Shown: positions 27,158-37,522, counted from the stretch's first letter. The stretch: DNA of 64,000 nucleotides from Candidatus Caldarchaeum subterraneum (GCA_937934305.1 CALHAG010000002.1:142192-206191); one strand, 5' to 3'. Program-made: numbers and translations. The notes: generated by a model not told the origin, from the sequence alone.

Positions 27158-28207
27158 CTATACCTGTCTATGGTTTAAACCAATCGGAGCAGCCCTGTAA
27201 ACAGTCATCCACATGCCTATGAGTGCCGCAGCCCTTAGAAGAGACATGGTCTGGGGAGGGGTCCAAGGCATTATTGGAGAGTCTGTGGCGAACCATGTCA
27301 GGATGATTCCAGCGTTAGCGGCTTCCAAAAGAGGTAGCCATAGCCAAAGCCGGGTATTAGCCGCGATTAACGGTATGAGCCAGAGAACCATCTGCGGAGT
27401 AAACGTTGGCGAGCCTATGAGAAACCCTGAAAGCACGAGAAAAGCCTTGGACTCATACGATGCCGATGCGCCATAGGCCCTGAAAACGAGAATAGCCGCT
27501 GTGAGAAAACCTAGGAACTTGGAGGATGGTGAGAAGGGGTTGTTTGACAGCCAGATAATCCAAGAGTTTTCAAGGCCCCAAGATGCATGGAAAGATAGAA
27601 AGTCGGGCAGCCATCTAGGGTTTAGCAGGAGAACAGGCAGCCAGAAAGGCAGAGCGCCGGCGATGAAGTGGAAAAGGACGTGAAGACGCCTCCTCCACTC
27701 ATTCACTTCGGCCAATAAAATGGGGAGAAGCAGAACAGTGAAGAGCTTAACCGAGAAGCCCAGCCCGAGGAAAAATGCTGAGACACCTATTCTGCCACGG
27801 GTGTATGCTAGTAGCGAGGCTATTAGAAAAACCGACAAAAAATGGTCAAAGTTATAGACCCCGTAAAGCACCATGCTGGGAGCTATGATGAATAATGAGG
27901 CGGTTAATCCTGCAAACCTTTTCAGAGTCAACGCAATACCTATGTATGCTGGCAGACTCAGAAGCGAGAACACCACGTAGTAGCCGACGAGCCCACCTCC
28001 ACCCAGCATTCTAGAAACATACGTGATGAGGCATGAGGCGGGAGGATACTCGAAGAAATACTGGAGACAAGGAATAAGGCTGGCTTGGAGACGCGGCTCA
28101 CGATGCCAGAACGAGACGATGTCGCTGTAAACGCTGCCCTCAACCATTGGATGATGGATGTAGAAGCTAATCAGCCAGCTAGAGAAAGCCATAGCCAATA
28201 CAAGCAA
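27158..28207 (-). CDS. Polytopic membrane protein, possible GT-C-type glycosyltransferase/mannosyltransferase-like
   Basis: 349 aa with ~9 TM helices and W/L/P-rich loops. Upstream of the surface-protein genes. Assigned from topology only. Confidence 0.3.
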   Translation of the reverse strand: MLVLAMAFSSWLISFYIHHPMVEGSVYSDIVSFWHREPRLQASLIPCLQYFFEYPPASCLITYVSRMLGGGGLVGYYVVFSLLSLPAYIGIALTLKRFAGLTASLFIIAPSMVLYGVYNFDHFLSVFLIASLLAYTRGRIGVSAFFLGLGFSVKLFTVLLLPILLAEVNEWRRRLHVLFHFIAGALPFWLPVLLLNPRWLPDFLSFHASWGLENSWIIWLSNNPFSPSSKFLGFLTAAILVFRAYGASASYESKAFLVLSGFLIGSPTFTPQMVLWLIPLIAANTRLWLWLPLLEAANAGIILTWFATDSPIMPWTPPQTMSLLRAAALIGMWMTVYRAAPIGLNHRQV

Positions 28208-28327
28208 ATCATCTAATCACCTCACCACGAATTCAAACAATCCTTCTCAGCCATTTAAGAGAAAAACTGGATGTGAGAGACAGTATTCATCTAAGGATAT
28301 ATTTAGGTCATTTATCTATGAAAAGAC

Positions 28328-29959
28328 ATGGATTTCTTGCTTGGAGATTTGATGCCAAAGCTTGAACAAGGGGAGTACATTGTCCCCGACATACAGAGGC
28401 CTTTTGTGTGGCGGAACAACCAGATACTTGAGCTCGCGGATTCTATTTATAACCGTTTCCCGATAGGGTCGATATGCGTTGCCGAGATACCGCCACAGGT
28501 GCGGGATGAGCTGGAGTCAATTTTCAGGCCAATCGCAGATGACATGAGTATGAAGAACGGTCGCTACATACTAATAGATGGGAGGCAGAGGCTGACATCA
28601 CTCCTCCTGATAAAGCATGGTGAAATCAAAATCAACAACGAGGTAAAGCGGATTAACCTTCTATTCGATGCGTTGAATGAGAAATTCGTTCTCGGACGGG
28701 GCAAGGCAAGGCCAAGCAGTTATACTTACAGCGTAGCAGAGGTTTTGCAGGTAAACGACCTTTCTGAAATTTCTGAATCTTATCAGAAACTGCCCGAGCA
28801 GACGCCGAAAATAACTCAAAACCTGATGAGGCTTTGGACAAACTTCTACCACTATAGAGTCACCTTCATGGAGGTATCGGTAAACTGGAACGTGATTGAC
28901 CATCTCGAGCCTTTCGAGAGAATATCGAGAATGTTTGTGGCGTTGAACAGGCAGGGCACCAAGGTGAAGCTACACGACCTCGTCCTAGCTCTCCTTTCCG
29001 GCAAAATCATACGTGAACAGGGTAGGAGGTTTAGGGACCAGTTTGAAGATTTGCTGAATCGTCTGCAAAACAGGGGCTATGATGTCGACGCCCCGCCGCT
29101 TATACGGGCCTACCTAGCAATCTCAACCGGTCAGATAAAGTTTAAGCAGGCTCTAGCTGAGCTGGAGAAACATAATGCAGAGACATTACTCGGATATCTA
29201 AACAGTACATCGGAGGCTTTCCAAAGGGTTTTAGACATATTCCAGGAATACGGTGCCAGGCCCAAGTTCCTAGTATCACACTACCTTCCCGTCATGCCAG
29301 CCATAATTATGCATAACAGGTATCTAACGCCGAAAAAACAGGTTGACAAGAAGTTTAAACATGAACTGCTTAGATGGCTTGTGCTTGCATCATTCGAGGG
29401 CAGATATACCGGGAGACTAGAAAGCGACCTGCTAGAAGATTTGGAATCTGTGAAGGATGGTTGGGATATTAAACGCTTGATTGAAAACCTAAAGGTTAAG
29501 GAGCTATTGCCCGACTATTTAGAGCAGGAGTTTTCCAACGAGCATCGAACCCTATTATCCATTCTCCTCAAATTCTCTAATGCCCGTGACTTGGTTCACA
29601 GAGATTGGAGCACCAACGATAATCTGAAAACAAGTAAGATATGGGAGCTAGGCGACGAGAATATAAACGAGCATCATATCTTCCCACAATATCTTTTCAA
29701 AAAGAAGCTCTTGGACCCGGAGCTGGAGAATGATGCAGCTAACATTACATTTCTCTCACAACACACCAATAAAGCATTGAGAGACAAGGAGCCGTCAGAT
29801 TATCTCCCCAAACTCTACGAAGAAGACGCCTCCATGCTAGAGGAACACTGTATCCCACTTGAGTCCGAGCTATGGAAACGCGAAAACTATGGAGAATTCT
29901 TGAAGGAGAGAAGGAAGATTATACTCGACAGATGGAACAAATTCCTAGCGTTTATTTAA
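28328..29959 (+). CDS. GmrSD-family Type IV (modification-dependent) restriction endonuclease-like protein (DUF262 + DUF1524)
   Basis: N-terminal YIVPDIQRPFVWRNNQILELADSIYNRFPIGSI matches the DUF262 DGQQR-type signature. C-terminal NEHHIFPQYLF matches the DUF1524 His-Me finger. AT-rich relative to neighbours. Confidence 0.75.
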   Translation: MDFLLGDLMPKLEQGEYIVPDIQRPFVWRNNQILELADSIYNRFPIGSICVAEIPPQVRDELESIFRPIADDMSMKNGRYILIDGRQRLTSLLLIKHGEIKINNEVKRINLLFDALNEKFVLGRGKARPSSYTYSVAEVLQVNDLSEISESYQKLPEQTPKITQNLMRLWTNFYHYRVTFMEVSVNWNVIDHLEPFERISRMFVALNRQGTKVKLHDLVLALLSGKIIREQGRRFRDQFEDLLNRLQNRGYDVDAPPLIRAYLAISTGQIKFKQALAELEKHNAETLLGYLNSTSEAFQRVLDIFQEYGARPKFLVSHYLPVMPAIIMHNRYLTPKKQVDKKFKHELLRWLVLASFEGRYTGRLESDLLEDLESVKDGWDIKRLIENLKVKELLPDYLEQEFSNEHRTLLSILLKFSNARDLVHRDWSTNDNLKTSKIWELGDENINEHHIFPQYLFKKKLLDPELENDAANITFLSQHTNKALRDKEPSDYLPKLYEEDASMLEEHCIPLESELWKRENYGEFLKERRKIILDRWNKFLAFI

Positions 29960-30079
29960 ATGGCATTTTCTAATAGGGCTTGCCTTCACCACTGTCGGTG
30001 TAGTGCTGATACGTCTTGGAATGAAGAGGTAACGTTACGCCTGTTTACTGAGGATGCATCACCAAGCAAGCGCCTCCTT

Positions 30080-31027
30080 TTATCTTCGAATAGGTGGCTG
30101 TCTCGGAGGCCGCCACACATCACCGGCACGGTCAGCCTCAACCACCCTATATCTCTCGTCAACCCCCATAATCCATGCGAGGTGGTTGCCCAGCCTCAGC
30201 AGCAGAGTGTGAGGCGTCTGATGCAGCCAAACCATGCCGTTCACCTTCATTATGCCTAGGAGGCATGTTGACATTATGCGGAAGTAGGGGCTGTTGTCTA
30301 AACTGCTGGCTAACTTGATTTTCACCGCTATTAGGTAGATTACCTCGTTCTCATCCCCCCGGTCCACCTTATCCAGTATCTGAACCCCGGCTCTCCTTAT
30401 ACGAAGCATCTTCTCCAACTCCTTCGGAGGCCGGTAAAATATGAGCGTCCTCTTGGAGCTGTCGTACTCGAGCGAGTAAAACCGTCGAAACAGGGTCGTG
30501 TATTCGGTCTTAAGCCTAATCCCATAAAGTTCCAGCTCCTTTGCAAAAGTTTCTCTGGTGAGCAATAGAGGGTCGTTAGATTCTCTACCTATTCTCCCGA
30601 TAAACCTTCCATGTAGAAGAAAAACCAATTCGTCTTCAGTCACGGGAATAAACCTAAACTGCTTGCCGCAGCATTCGCATCGCACAATCCTGTAACATGT
30701 AAACCCCACAACCCGCCCATCCTCCATAAGCAGTTTATAGGGCCTAACTCTATAGAACGAGTGAGGGCCGACTGGATAAAGCCACGCGTTCACCCATCTT
30801 CTCAAACGCCGTGTAGATAATTCACCTATAAGCCCGCTGAACAGAACAAGGGCAGGGATGTATAATGGCGTTAAGAGCATGTAAAGAACAGGGTGTAACA
30901 CTAACATCGATGGTGTAGGAAGAAAGACGTATATGAGTAATCCAACTGTGATAGAGGCTGCGAGCCATACATAAAACGGCGCCAGCATAACATACCATGG
31001 ACGATGGATGAGCTTGACTATGCTCAA
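30080..31027 (-). CDS. Membrane protein with a cytoplasmic Cys-containing C-terminal domain, hypothetical
   Basis: N-terminal 3-4 TM helices, then CYRIVRCECCGKQF. Confidence 0.3.
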   Translation of the reverse strand: MSIVKLIHRPWYVMLAPFYVWLAASITVGLLIYVFLPTPSMLVLHPVLYMLLTPLYIPALVLFSGLIGELSTRRLRRWVNAWLYPVGPHSFYRVRPYKLLMEDGRVVGFTCYRIVRCECCGKQFRFIPVTEDELVFLLHGRFIGRIGRESNDPLLLTRETFAKELELYGIRLKTEYTTLFRRFYSLEYDSSKRTLIFYRPPKELEKMLRIRRAGVQILDKVDRGDENEVIYLIAVKIKLASSLDNSPYFRIMSTCLLGIMKVNGMVWLHQTPHTLLLRLGNHLAWIMGVDERYRVVEADRAGDVWRPPRQPPIRR

Positions 31028-31425
31028 TCAGAGACGGGCCTCCCGAGGTACCTGTCCAGGTTCTTTATGAAATCCTCCCTATCAAACTCCCTTACACGTG
31101 ACAATACATAGGCGCCGGGTGGAATAGTGAGAGGCATATGCTCAGGATGCTCCAAAACAGACTCCTCCTTCACCAAGACGTAGACCTGCCCGTTGGCGGA
31201 GTATGCCTCGTATCTTCCGACCAGCCTGTGAACATTACCTGTCTCGCCCTTTACAGCCACCTCCGCAACCCTTTCACCATTCCTTGGAACATGGAACGGG
31301 TGGATACGTCTCAAAAGAACATCGCCCTGCCGATAAACCAGCATACATCCGCAGACGACGCCACGCATATAAACAGATAAGGGCAGACGCATCATGTATG
31401 ATTGGGTTACAGGTTTGAGGGACAT
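31024..31425 (-). CDS. Hypothetical protein
   Basis: 133-aa ORF whose stop overlaps the start of the downstream gene. Confidence 0.3.
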   Translation of the reverse strand: MSLKPVTQSYMMRLPLSVYMRGVVCGCMLVYRQGDVLLRRIHPFHVPRNGERVAEVAVKGETGNVHRLVGRYEAYSANGQVYVLVKEESVLEHPEHMPLTIPPGAYVLSRVREFDREDFIKNLDRYLGRPVSD

Positions 31426-31507
31426 AACAATAAACCATTCTACAGCCGGCTAAAATCACTCACTTAAATTAATCAAATGCTTATATATCTACTGAAGGCT
31501 TGTAAGA

Positions 31508-32080
31508 TTGTTGAAGTTAAGCCTGATGAAGACTATTTTTCTATCTATCACATTAGTATTGATTGTTTTCGTCATTGTTTGGGTCACTCAATATAGTTAT
31601 GAGTCGGTTGAAGTTAGAACATTTTCGGAGCCAATAACTATAACACAAACGACCTTCATTAGGACAAGCTTCACTAAAGAAGGACATGGCTCTGTGTCTG
31701 GAAGGGACCTGAGTGAAGTAGCCGAGGCGGTTCATTTAGGTCCTATCAAAGCAGGAAGTGAGGTTTCCGTTAAAGTTATGGCATCGAATCCTGTATTGGT
31801 GCTCGTTACAGACACGGGTAGCGCCATCCTTTTCGACCTTTCGGGAGCCTATAGTGAAGAATATATCCTAGCAAGTGGATTGGGAACAGATGTGGATGTA
31901 AAATTGTTAATTACTGAGGATGGGAATTACTCCGTTGTAATTGGAAAAACTGCAGGCAATTACGGGGCCAGTTTTGTGGTGCAAGCCACGATTGTGGGGC
32001 TGCGCGAAACCACTATAACTACAACCACAGAAACTATGATAACCACAACTATAACCACTACAAAGAAACTTTTCTCATAG
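31508..32080 (+). CDS. Secreted/anchored hypothetical protein with a C-terminal poly-Thr tract
   Basis: N-terminal TM/signal IFLSITLVLIVFVIVWV. C-terminal TTITTTTETMITTTITTTKK. AT-rich gene. Confidence 0.35.
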   Translation: MLKLSLMKTIFLSITLVLIVFVIVWVTQYSYESVEVRTFSEPITITQTTFIRTSFTKEGHGSVSGRDLSEVAEAVHLGPIKAGSEVSVKVMASNPVLVLVTDTGSAILFDLSGAYSEEYILASGLGTDVDVKLLITEDGNYSVVIGKTAGNYGASFVVQATIVGLRETTITTTTETMITTTITTTKKLFS

Positions 32081-32153
32081 TAGACCAACGTTTCAACCCT
32101 CTAAAAGAAGGAAGGCAAAGTCGTCAGAAAAATATGATGGATAGAGCTTCTAT

Positions 32154-32777
32154 TTAGGTGACCTTCTCCACGGTGAGTTCCCAGTTGCAATTAGCAGAGA
32201 CTATTCTTATGTACCAATTGCCGGGTGGGATTGCTGCGGCGTAGAACTCGAACGTGCCCTGCTCCTCATCAACTGACCCGCGCTTATAGAAGATATCCTC
32301 ACCCACTCCATACAAGTACCACCACAATGCAACATAACGGAGGTTGGCTCTAGCGTTTATGGTGATTTTTATCTTCAGGTCCGAAGTTGCCTCTAGCGTA
32401 AAAGGCTGCGTCTCCTTATCGCCGCTACCCCTATCTCTAACCAACACAGTTCCAGAAACAGCAGGATAAACTGTTGACACCACTGTCGTGGTCGAAGTCG
32501 TGGTTAATGTGGCTGTGGTCTTGACGGTGGAGACGCTGGTGGTGGTTGAGGTCAACGTGGTCCGCATGGTGACAAAAAATGTGGTGAACCGTTGGAGCGT
32601 CTGGTATGAGGTCACAGTTACAGGTAGAGTTGTTGTCACGGGTTTAGTCTCTGTGCTTGTGCTTGTAACCGTATAAGTCTGGACCATGGTTCTAGTGAAG
32701 GCTAACGAGCCGCTTAAGAAACCAGCCAACAACCCTATAACAAGTAATAGGATAGGGAAAAACCTCAGAATGCTCAT
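32154..32777 (-). CDS. Secreted protein with a long Thr/Ser/Val-rich (likely O-glycosylated) linker
   Basis: Signal MSILRFFPILLLVIGLLAGFLSGSLA, then a ~100-aa T/S/V low-complexity stretch, then a C-terminal globular domain. Confidence 0.4.
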   Translation of the reverse strand: MSILRFFPILLLVIGLLAGFLSGSLAFTRTMVQTYTVTSTSTETKPVTTTLPVTVTSYQTLQRFTTFFVTMRTTLTSTTTSVSTVKTTATLTTTSTTTVVSTVYPAVSGTVLVRDRGSGDKETQPFTLEATSDLKIKITINARANLRYVALWWYLYGVGEDIFYKRGSVDEEQGTFEFYAAAIPPGNWYIRIVSANCNWELTVEKVT

Positions 32778-33288
32778 AATGTAGTTGGGATTTCGCGAGG
32801 TTTAAGCTTTTCAAAGAATGAATATTCTCTCATCTCACAGAGACACATAGGGGGCTGTCGTTGGTTATCATGAATACCTGGCTCATCATTTCTGGCCTAA
32901 ACAATTTTTATTCATCGGCTATTGATTATGCTCCATGAGCAAGCAGAAGAAAGTCCTCAAGGTGTTGCCTTCTCTGCCTCCGTCCGCGTTCTCAAGCCTT
33001 TTCCCAAACTTCTGTATACAGGTCTCGACCTCCTCTCTCGAGGAGCTTTCGACCGACGCAAGAAAGTATGATGACGTCATTGTCTATATCAGGCATTCGC
33101 CGACGGTTAAACTGTTGGAGAAATGGTTGCCAAGGTTCATGGTCGGGGATTCCGCGGAGGTCGGCGGAGAAAGGTTCTATGTTGTCTCAGCTCCGCAGAG
33201 AACTCCGGTCTCGGGACAAGACGTTCCAGTAGACGAGAAAAATGTACTGGTTCTGAGATGCGTGGCTGCGAAAGGTATCTGGCTTTGA

Positions 33289-34536
33289 CTATTTTTCGTC
33301 AAGGTAGTCTACAGGCAGGGCGAATCCTGAGCCTGTTTCGATGTCTAGGTATATTTTTTCTCCGCTCCATTTTCTGGGCTCGGTCCCGATGTGGATTATC
33401 GCTCTTCTGTCCCCTAGTCTGATGCTTTTTTTTCTGAGTAAGAGCAGGTGGTTAGGCCCCTCGCCCCAGACTTTTCGAAGCATTTTTGCGAAGAAAGAGT
33501 ACGACCTTGCGGCTAGAATGGTTGGGAAAAGGTCTTGGGGCGGGAGGATTCTTCTATATCTCGGCCTCTCCCCCTCATACCATAGCCAGAGATAGAGGCC
33601 TTCACCGCATAGTTTGGCGGCTTTTATCAGCAGTGGATAGTATTCTCCGGCCAGCTCCTCCAGAGCCTGAAACGCTTCTTCACTCTCTATTCTGTAGAGG
33701 TTTTCGCCAACTTTTGTGCCGTAGGTCTGTATCTTGACTATTGCTGCTCTGCCTCTGCTGTCGGGGACGACTCCATCACGCTCTCTATATATGCTGAGCA
33801 CTTCGCCGAAACGCTGGTCATACGGGGTAATGTATCCCAGATGCATATGCGTGGCTGGAGTCTTCGCACCTGAGCTGAAGTACACGCCTAGTGTTCCCGG
33901 CAGAAGCAGCGGGGACAGCATCTGGATAGGGTATCCTGTCCTCCTGTAGACAGAGGCCGCGTAGCCGTTCACGAGGCCCGCAAGCCTCAGATAATCGCCG
34001 TGAGATATTTTCCGGAACTTCTCAGCCATCTTCTCGGGGATACCGAGATAAGCCACATCTAATCTATCCGGTTTCTCGAGGTTAACATAATCTGTGAACC
34101 TGCCGCCTTCCTCCGCGTCGTCGAGCCTGATAAAAACACTATGATAGGGGCTTACAGTGTTTACCCAATGAGACATCTTGACATGTATCTGCCCCTCTAT
34201 GCGGTAGAGGAGAGGCGTTGGATTATTCATCCAATAGACTGGGTCAGGCGCGTTAACCACCTCGCCTGAGGCTTTCATGAACCTGATAAAGTCCTCGCCT
34301 TTGACGGGGAGTTGGCTCTCCTCCTCACCAAGGTCTTCGAAAAACTTGGCCACCAGAGCGTCCTCAAACCCCTGGTCGATAAGAGACTCGATGAACTTCA
34401 CGGTCTGCGCCAGAGCTGCAAGGTTCATGGCATGATACTGTGCACCGGGATATCCTTGTCTAAGAGTCTCCTCATACCATCCCAGCTCTTTTTGATGCAT
34501 TCGGAGTAATCTAGAGAGCTTAACCACAATAGCCAA
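33289..34536 (-). CDS. Hypothetical cytoplasmic protein (415 aa)
   Basis: Long ORF with no motif I can recognise. Confidence 0.35.
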   Translation of the reverse strand: MAIVVKLSRLLRMHQKELGWYEETLRQGYPGAQYHAMNLAALAQTVKFIESLIDQGFEDALVAKFFEDLGEEESQLPVKGEDFIRFMKASGEVVNAPDPVYWMNNPTPLLYRIEGQIHVKMSHWVNTVSPYHSVFIRLDDAEEGGRFTDYVNLEKPDRLDVAYLGIPEKMAEKFRKISHGDYLRLAGLVNGYAASVYRRTGYPIQMLSPLLLPGTLGVYFSSGAKTPATHMHLGYITPYDQRFGEVLSIYRERDGVVPDSRGRAAIVKIQTYGTKVGENLYRIESEEAFQALEELAGEYYPLLIKAAKLCGEGLYLWLWYEGERPRYRRILPPQDLFPTILAARSYSFFAKMLRKVWGEGPNHLLLLRKKSIRLGDRRAIIHIGTEPRKWSGEKIYLDIETGSGFALPVDYLDEK

Positions 34537-34579
34537 TTCACATAAACCATCTCATGCCAACGTAAAAATGCTTTCTGGC

Positions 34580-35710
34580 CTAGAAGCTCACTAGACCAAA
34601 GCGTCCATAGCTCAAACCCATGTTAGCGACAAGAAGAGCTATCGAGAGGCCCGAGAGGTAGTAGATGGCTGGGTTGACATGTCTGAAGCCCACGCGCTCG
34701 AGCAAAGCCCTCAGCATCAACTCGCCGTCGAGCATCTTTATCGGCAGCATGTTGAAGACCGCGACCCCTAGCGAGACAAGCTGCAGCCAGAAAAACACCT
34801 TGAAAACAACCTGGGAAATGAACGGCGGGGAATCAAACCTAGCCTGTACAAAGGGCTCCACATCAGCCACGCCCAGGGACCTGAGAACACTTGCGAGGTT
34901 CATCTCCCTCCCAACATGCTTTGGGTCAACGCTGTAGACCCTCTCCCCTCTATCAGTCTCCAGCTTTATCTCTGGGCGAAGAGTGATTGTTTTCATGATG
35001 GTCGAGCTCCGGACAGGCATGTCGTCTATGCTCTTCACCACCTCCCCCACCTGCACCACGGAGCCTGCGTCTATCTCGGAAACATAGAGGCCTGTCTCAG
35101 CCATTGTGAAGAATGATAATAGACAGGCTACGGCAACTAATCCGATGAAGAGGTTGGCGAAGGAGCCGGCGGCGGCTATCCTCATCCGCGCCCCGGGGCT
35201 AGCTGATTTGAAGGCTTTCTCATCAGGCTGCACGAATCCGCCGGGAAAAACAAATGCGAGAAACACGCCGGAGGACTTTACCGGAATACCCTCCAGCCTA
35301 GCTACCACTCCATGCATCCCCTCGTGAGTGGCCAGCACTATGACCAGCGCGATGAGTAGGTAGGGCAGGTTCTGTGGCTTGATGGTTATGCCGGGGATGA
35401 GGGGGAGGACAACGTTGCGGATAGAGGCTTCAGCAGGCCTGAACAGGTATGTGGAGAGGTTGTTGGAGAGCAGGTAGAAGGCGAAAAACATCATGCCGAA
35501 CCCAGCTATGACAGCAATCCTTGAAACAATTCTCCACAGCCTAGGCGAGGCCGACAGAATTCGGTCAAAAATACTCTGCAACGAGTAGAGGTGTAGGATG
35601 ACGAGGAAGGGATAAACCTGAAGCCTTCCACCTCTATACCTGCGTATAATGAGGGACGCCACTAACCAGACAACAGCCAATATTATGAATGCTTCTATCA
35701 CCGAATTCAT
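34580..35710 (-). CDS. Site-2 protease (M50 family) intramembrane zinc metalloprotease with a PDZ domain
   Basis: LATHEGMHGVVA is an HExxH in a TM helix. Polytopic. The central soluble domain (GSVVQVGEVVKSIDDMPV) is PDZ-like. Confidence 0.7.
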   Translation of the reverse strand: MNSVIEAFIILAVVWLVASLIIRRYRGGRLQVYPFLVILHLYSLQSIFDRILSASPRLWRIVSRIAVIAGFGMMFFAFYLLSNNLSTYLFRPAEASIRNVVLPLIPGITIKPQNLPYLLIALVIVLATHEGMHGVVARLEGIPVKSSGVFLAFVFPGGFVQPDEKAFKSASPGARMRIAAAGSFANLFIGLVAVACLLSFFTMAETGLYVSEIDAGSVVQVGEVVKSIDDMPVRSSTIMKTITLRPEIKLETDRGERVYSVDPKHVGREMNLASVLRSLGVADVEPFVQARFDSPPFISQVVFKVFFWLQLVSLGVAVFNMLPIKMLDGELMLRALLERVGFRHVNPAIYYLSGLSIALLVANMGLSYGRFGLVSF

Positions 35711-35732
35711 CTAAGCATCACACCCATCGTGG

Positions 35733-36299
35733 CTAGAAAGACAGCAGCTCCTCCATCGCGAAGCTCAGCATGTCGTAAGATTGCTCACCTGCTAGCATAC
35801 GTACAACGACTCCTTCAGGTGATATGAAGAAGTACGTTGGAGTCCCTCTCACACCATAGTCGAGAAACGTCTTCATGTCTGGGTCGTAGACAGATGTCCA
35901 GCTTATGCCATGTTTCTGGATGAATTCAGCAGACTTCTCTGGAGTTGTCCCCTGACTGCCTAAAACCGTTAGAAAGACCACCCTGTCACCATATTCTTGA
36001 TGCAGTTTCTTAACCGATGGCGCCATGTTGTTACAGTGTGGGCACCATTCGAACACAAACTCGATAAAAACAGGCTTACCTCTCAGGCTTGAGAAAGATA
36101 ATGTTCTGCCGGTTAAGCCATTGGCATCAAGCACCTCCAGCGTGAAGTCTGGAGCGCTGGTTCCCATGCTGCCCACCTGTGTCGGCGCCTGCGCTGGCAT
36201 CTGAGGAGGCGTCAGCATGAGAAAGATGATGAGGAAAGCGAGCAATGCGGCGGGCATGAAAGCCAGGTACCTAGTTTTCCCATGAGCTTTCTTAGGCAT
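35733..36299 (-). CDS. Membrane-anchored thioredoxin-fold thiol:disulfide oxidoreductase (TlpA/ResA-like)
   Basis: N-terminal TM followed by the FEWCPHCNNMAP CxxC active site. Confidence 0.7.
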   Translation of the reverse strand: MPKKAHGKTRYLAFMPAALLAFLIIFLMLTPPQMPAQAPTQVGSMGTSAPDFTLEVLDANGLTGRTLSFSSLRGKPVFIEFVFEWCPHCNNMAPSVKKLHQEYGDRVVFLTVLGSQGTTPEKSAEFIQKHGISWTSVYDPDMKTFLDYGVRGTPTYFFISPEGVVVRMLAGEQSYDMLSFAMEELLSF

Positions 36300-36587
36300 A
36301 CGGTATCCAAGGGCTGGGATGGATTTATCACGATAAGCTTTTAAGGCCAGCCTCAGCCCGCATCATGTGTTAGAAACCCTGACACATAGAAGACGAAACG
36401 GGAAAAAGCTGCTTAGTCCATACGCCAACGGATTCGGATACTGTTCAATGTGTAGAGAATATTATCCTGCGTATGAGGAGACATGCATATACCACAAAAT
36501 CAGGCTTCGGCTACGGGCGAGAACAAGGACAAAGAAAGAATATCCAAGAATAGTTGTGGAGTAATCCAAGAAAGTTCCGGAGCTTTA

Positions 36588-36720
36588 TAGGATGTACCAA
36601 ACCATACATGTTCGGAAAAGGTAATACTTACCAAGTAATTTTGGTCAGGGAGAAATCGGGCCTAATTCCTCAAAATTTTGGCTTTCTACGGAGGCGGGTT
36701 GACCATATATGGTCAACGCC
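36588..36720. repeat. Inverted-orientation copy of the composite palindrome-containing repeat unit
   Basis: GTAATACTTACCAAGTAATTTTGGTCAGG...GGCCTAATTC...CAAAATTTTGGCTTTC...TTGACCATATATGGTCAA, with a perfect palindrome at 36699-36716. It lies at the 3' end of the 15-gene array. Confidence 0.65.
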
Positions 36721-37522
36721 GGCTTCGGCTAGACTTGTTCTCGGGTGGAGAGCGGCGTGCTATGATGGTTAGCACGGTCATAGCCTGCTGTAGGTCGCCT
36801 CCATGCGCGTATCTAGCTACTCTCAGCACGTCTCTGGCGCTTCTGAAACCGTTGGCCCACATGGTTCTGGCTAGTGTTTTAGCCGACTGTTCGTCGAAGC
36901 CATGTTCCACGAATATTCGGAGAGCCACTTTCTCGAAGTCTCCAGCGTCGTATTGAGGCAGGTACAGTATCATGAAGCGGTCAAGGACTTCTGGAGGAAT
37001 CTTTTCGAGGTAGTTGGCGGTGGCCATGACCGTGGCGAGGCATGTTTTCTCGGCCTCGATGTTTCCTTTTAGTACAGTTATCCGCCCTGTCTGCATCAGG
37101 CTGAGCAATACGTCGTAGTCCGTCTTCCCCATCTTGTCCAGCTCATCTATCAGGACCAGCTCTATTTGGTCCCCGGCCATCAGCAACTTGTTCCGTAGAC
37201 CGGCTTTGCTTACTTGGCTGCCCAGCAGGAAGAGCCGCTTCTCCTGAGGCACCTCTTTCTCAACCGATAACAGCAGCATTGTTTTCGCTATTCCCGGCGG
37301 GCCGGCGAGCAGGACATGTATCCTCTGGTCTATGTTTGTCAGAATCGTCCGCCTCATCATCTCCATGCTCCGCTCCAGCACTATCTTCACGTCGTCAAAG
37401 CCCTCAACCATCTTGAAGTTCTGCCCCTCATAGCGTAGAGGAACCTGTGAAATAGCTGGAGCGGGGGAAGGTTTCTCCCTCTCCGGCTTCCCTCTCCTGA
37501 GAAAATCAAAGAGCGGCGGCAT
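36713..37522 (-). CDS. MoxR-like AAA+ ATPase (small)
   Basis: Walker A LLAGPPGIAKTMLL fits the GxPGxAKT MoxR-type P-loop. Walker B is ELVLIDELDKM. 269 aa. Confidence 0.5.
   Translation of the reverse strand: MPPLFDFLRRGKPEREKPSPAPAISQVPLRYEGQNFKMVEGFDDVKIVLERSMEMMRRTILTNIDQRIHVLLAGPPGIAKTMLLLSVEKEVPQEKRLFLLGSQVSKAGLRNKLLMAGDQIELVLIDELDKMGKTDYDVLLSLMQTGRITVLKGNIEAEKTCLATVMATANYLEKIPPEVLDRFMILYLPQYDAGDFEKVALRIFVEHGFDEQSAKTLARTMWANGFRSARDVLRVARYAHGGDLQQAMTVLTIIARRSPPENKSSRSRR

Noticed and set aside
36367-36772. ORFs 36367..36564 and 36554..36772 as small genes
   Set aside because: They lie entirely within the intergenic composite repeat unit (36588-36720) and its flank. They are more likely read-through frames of the repeat.
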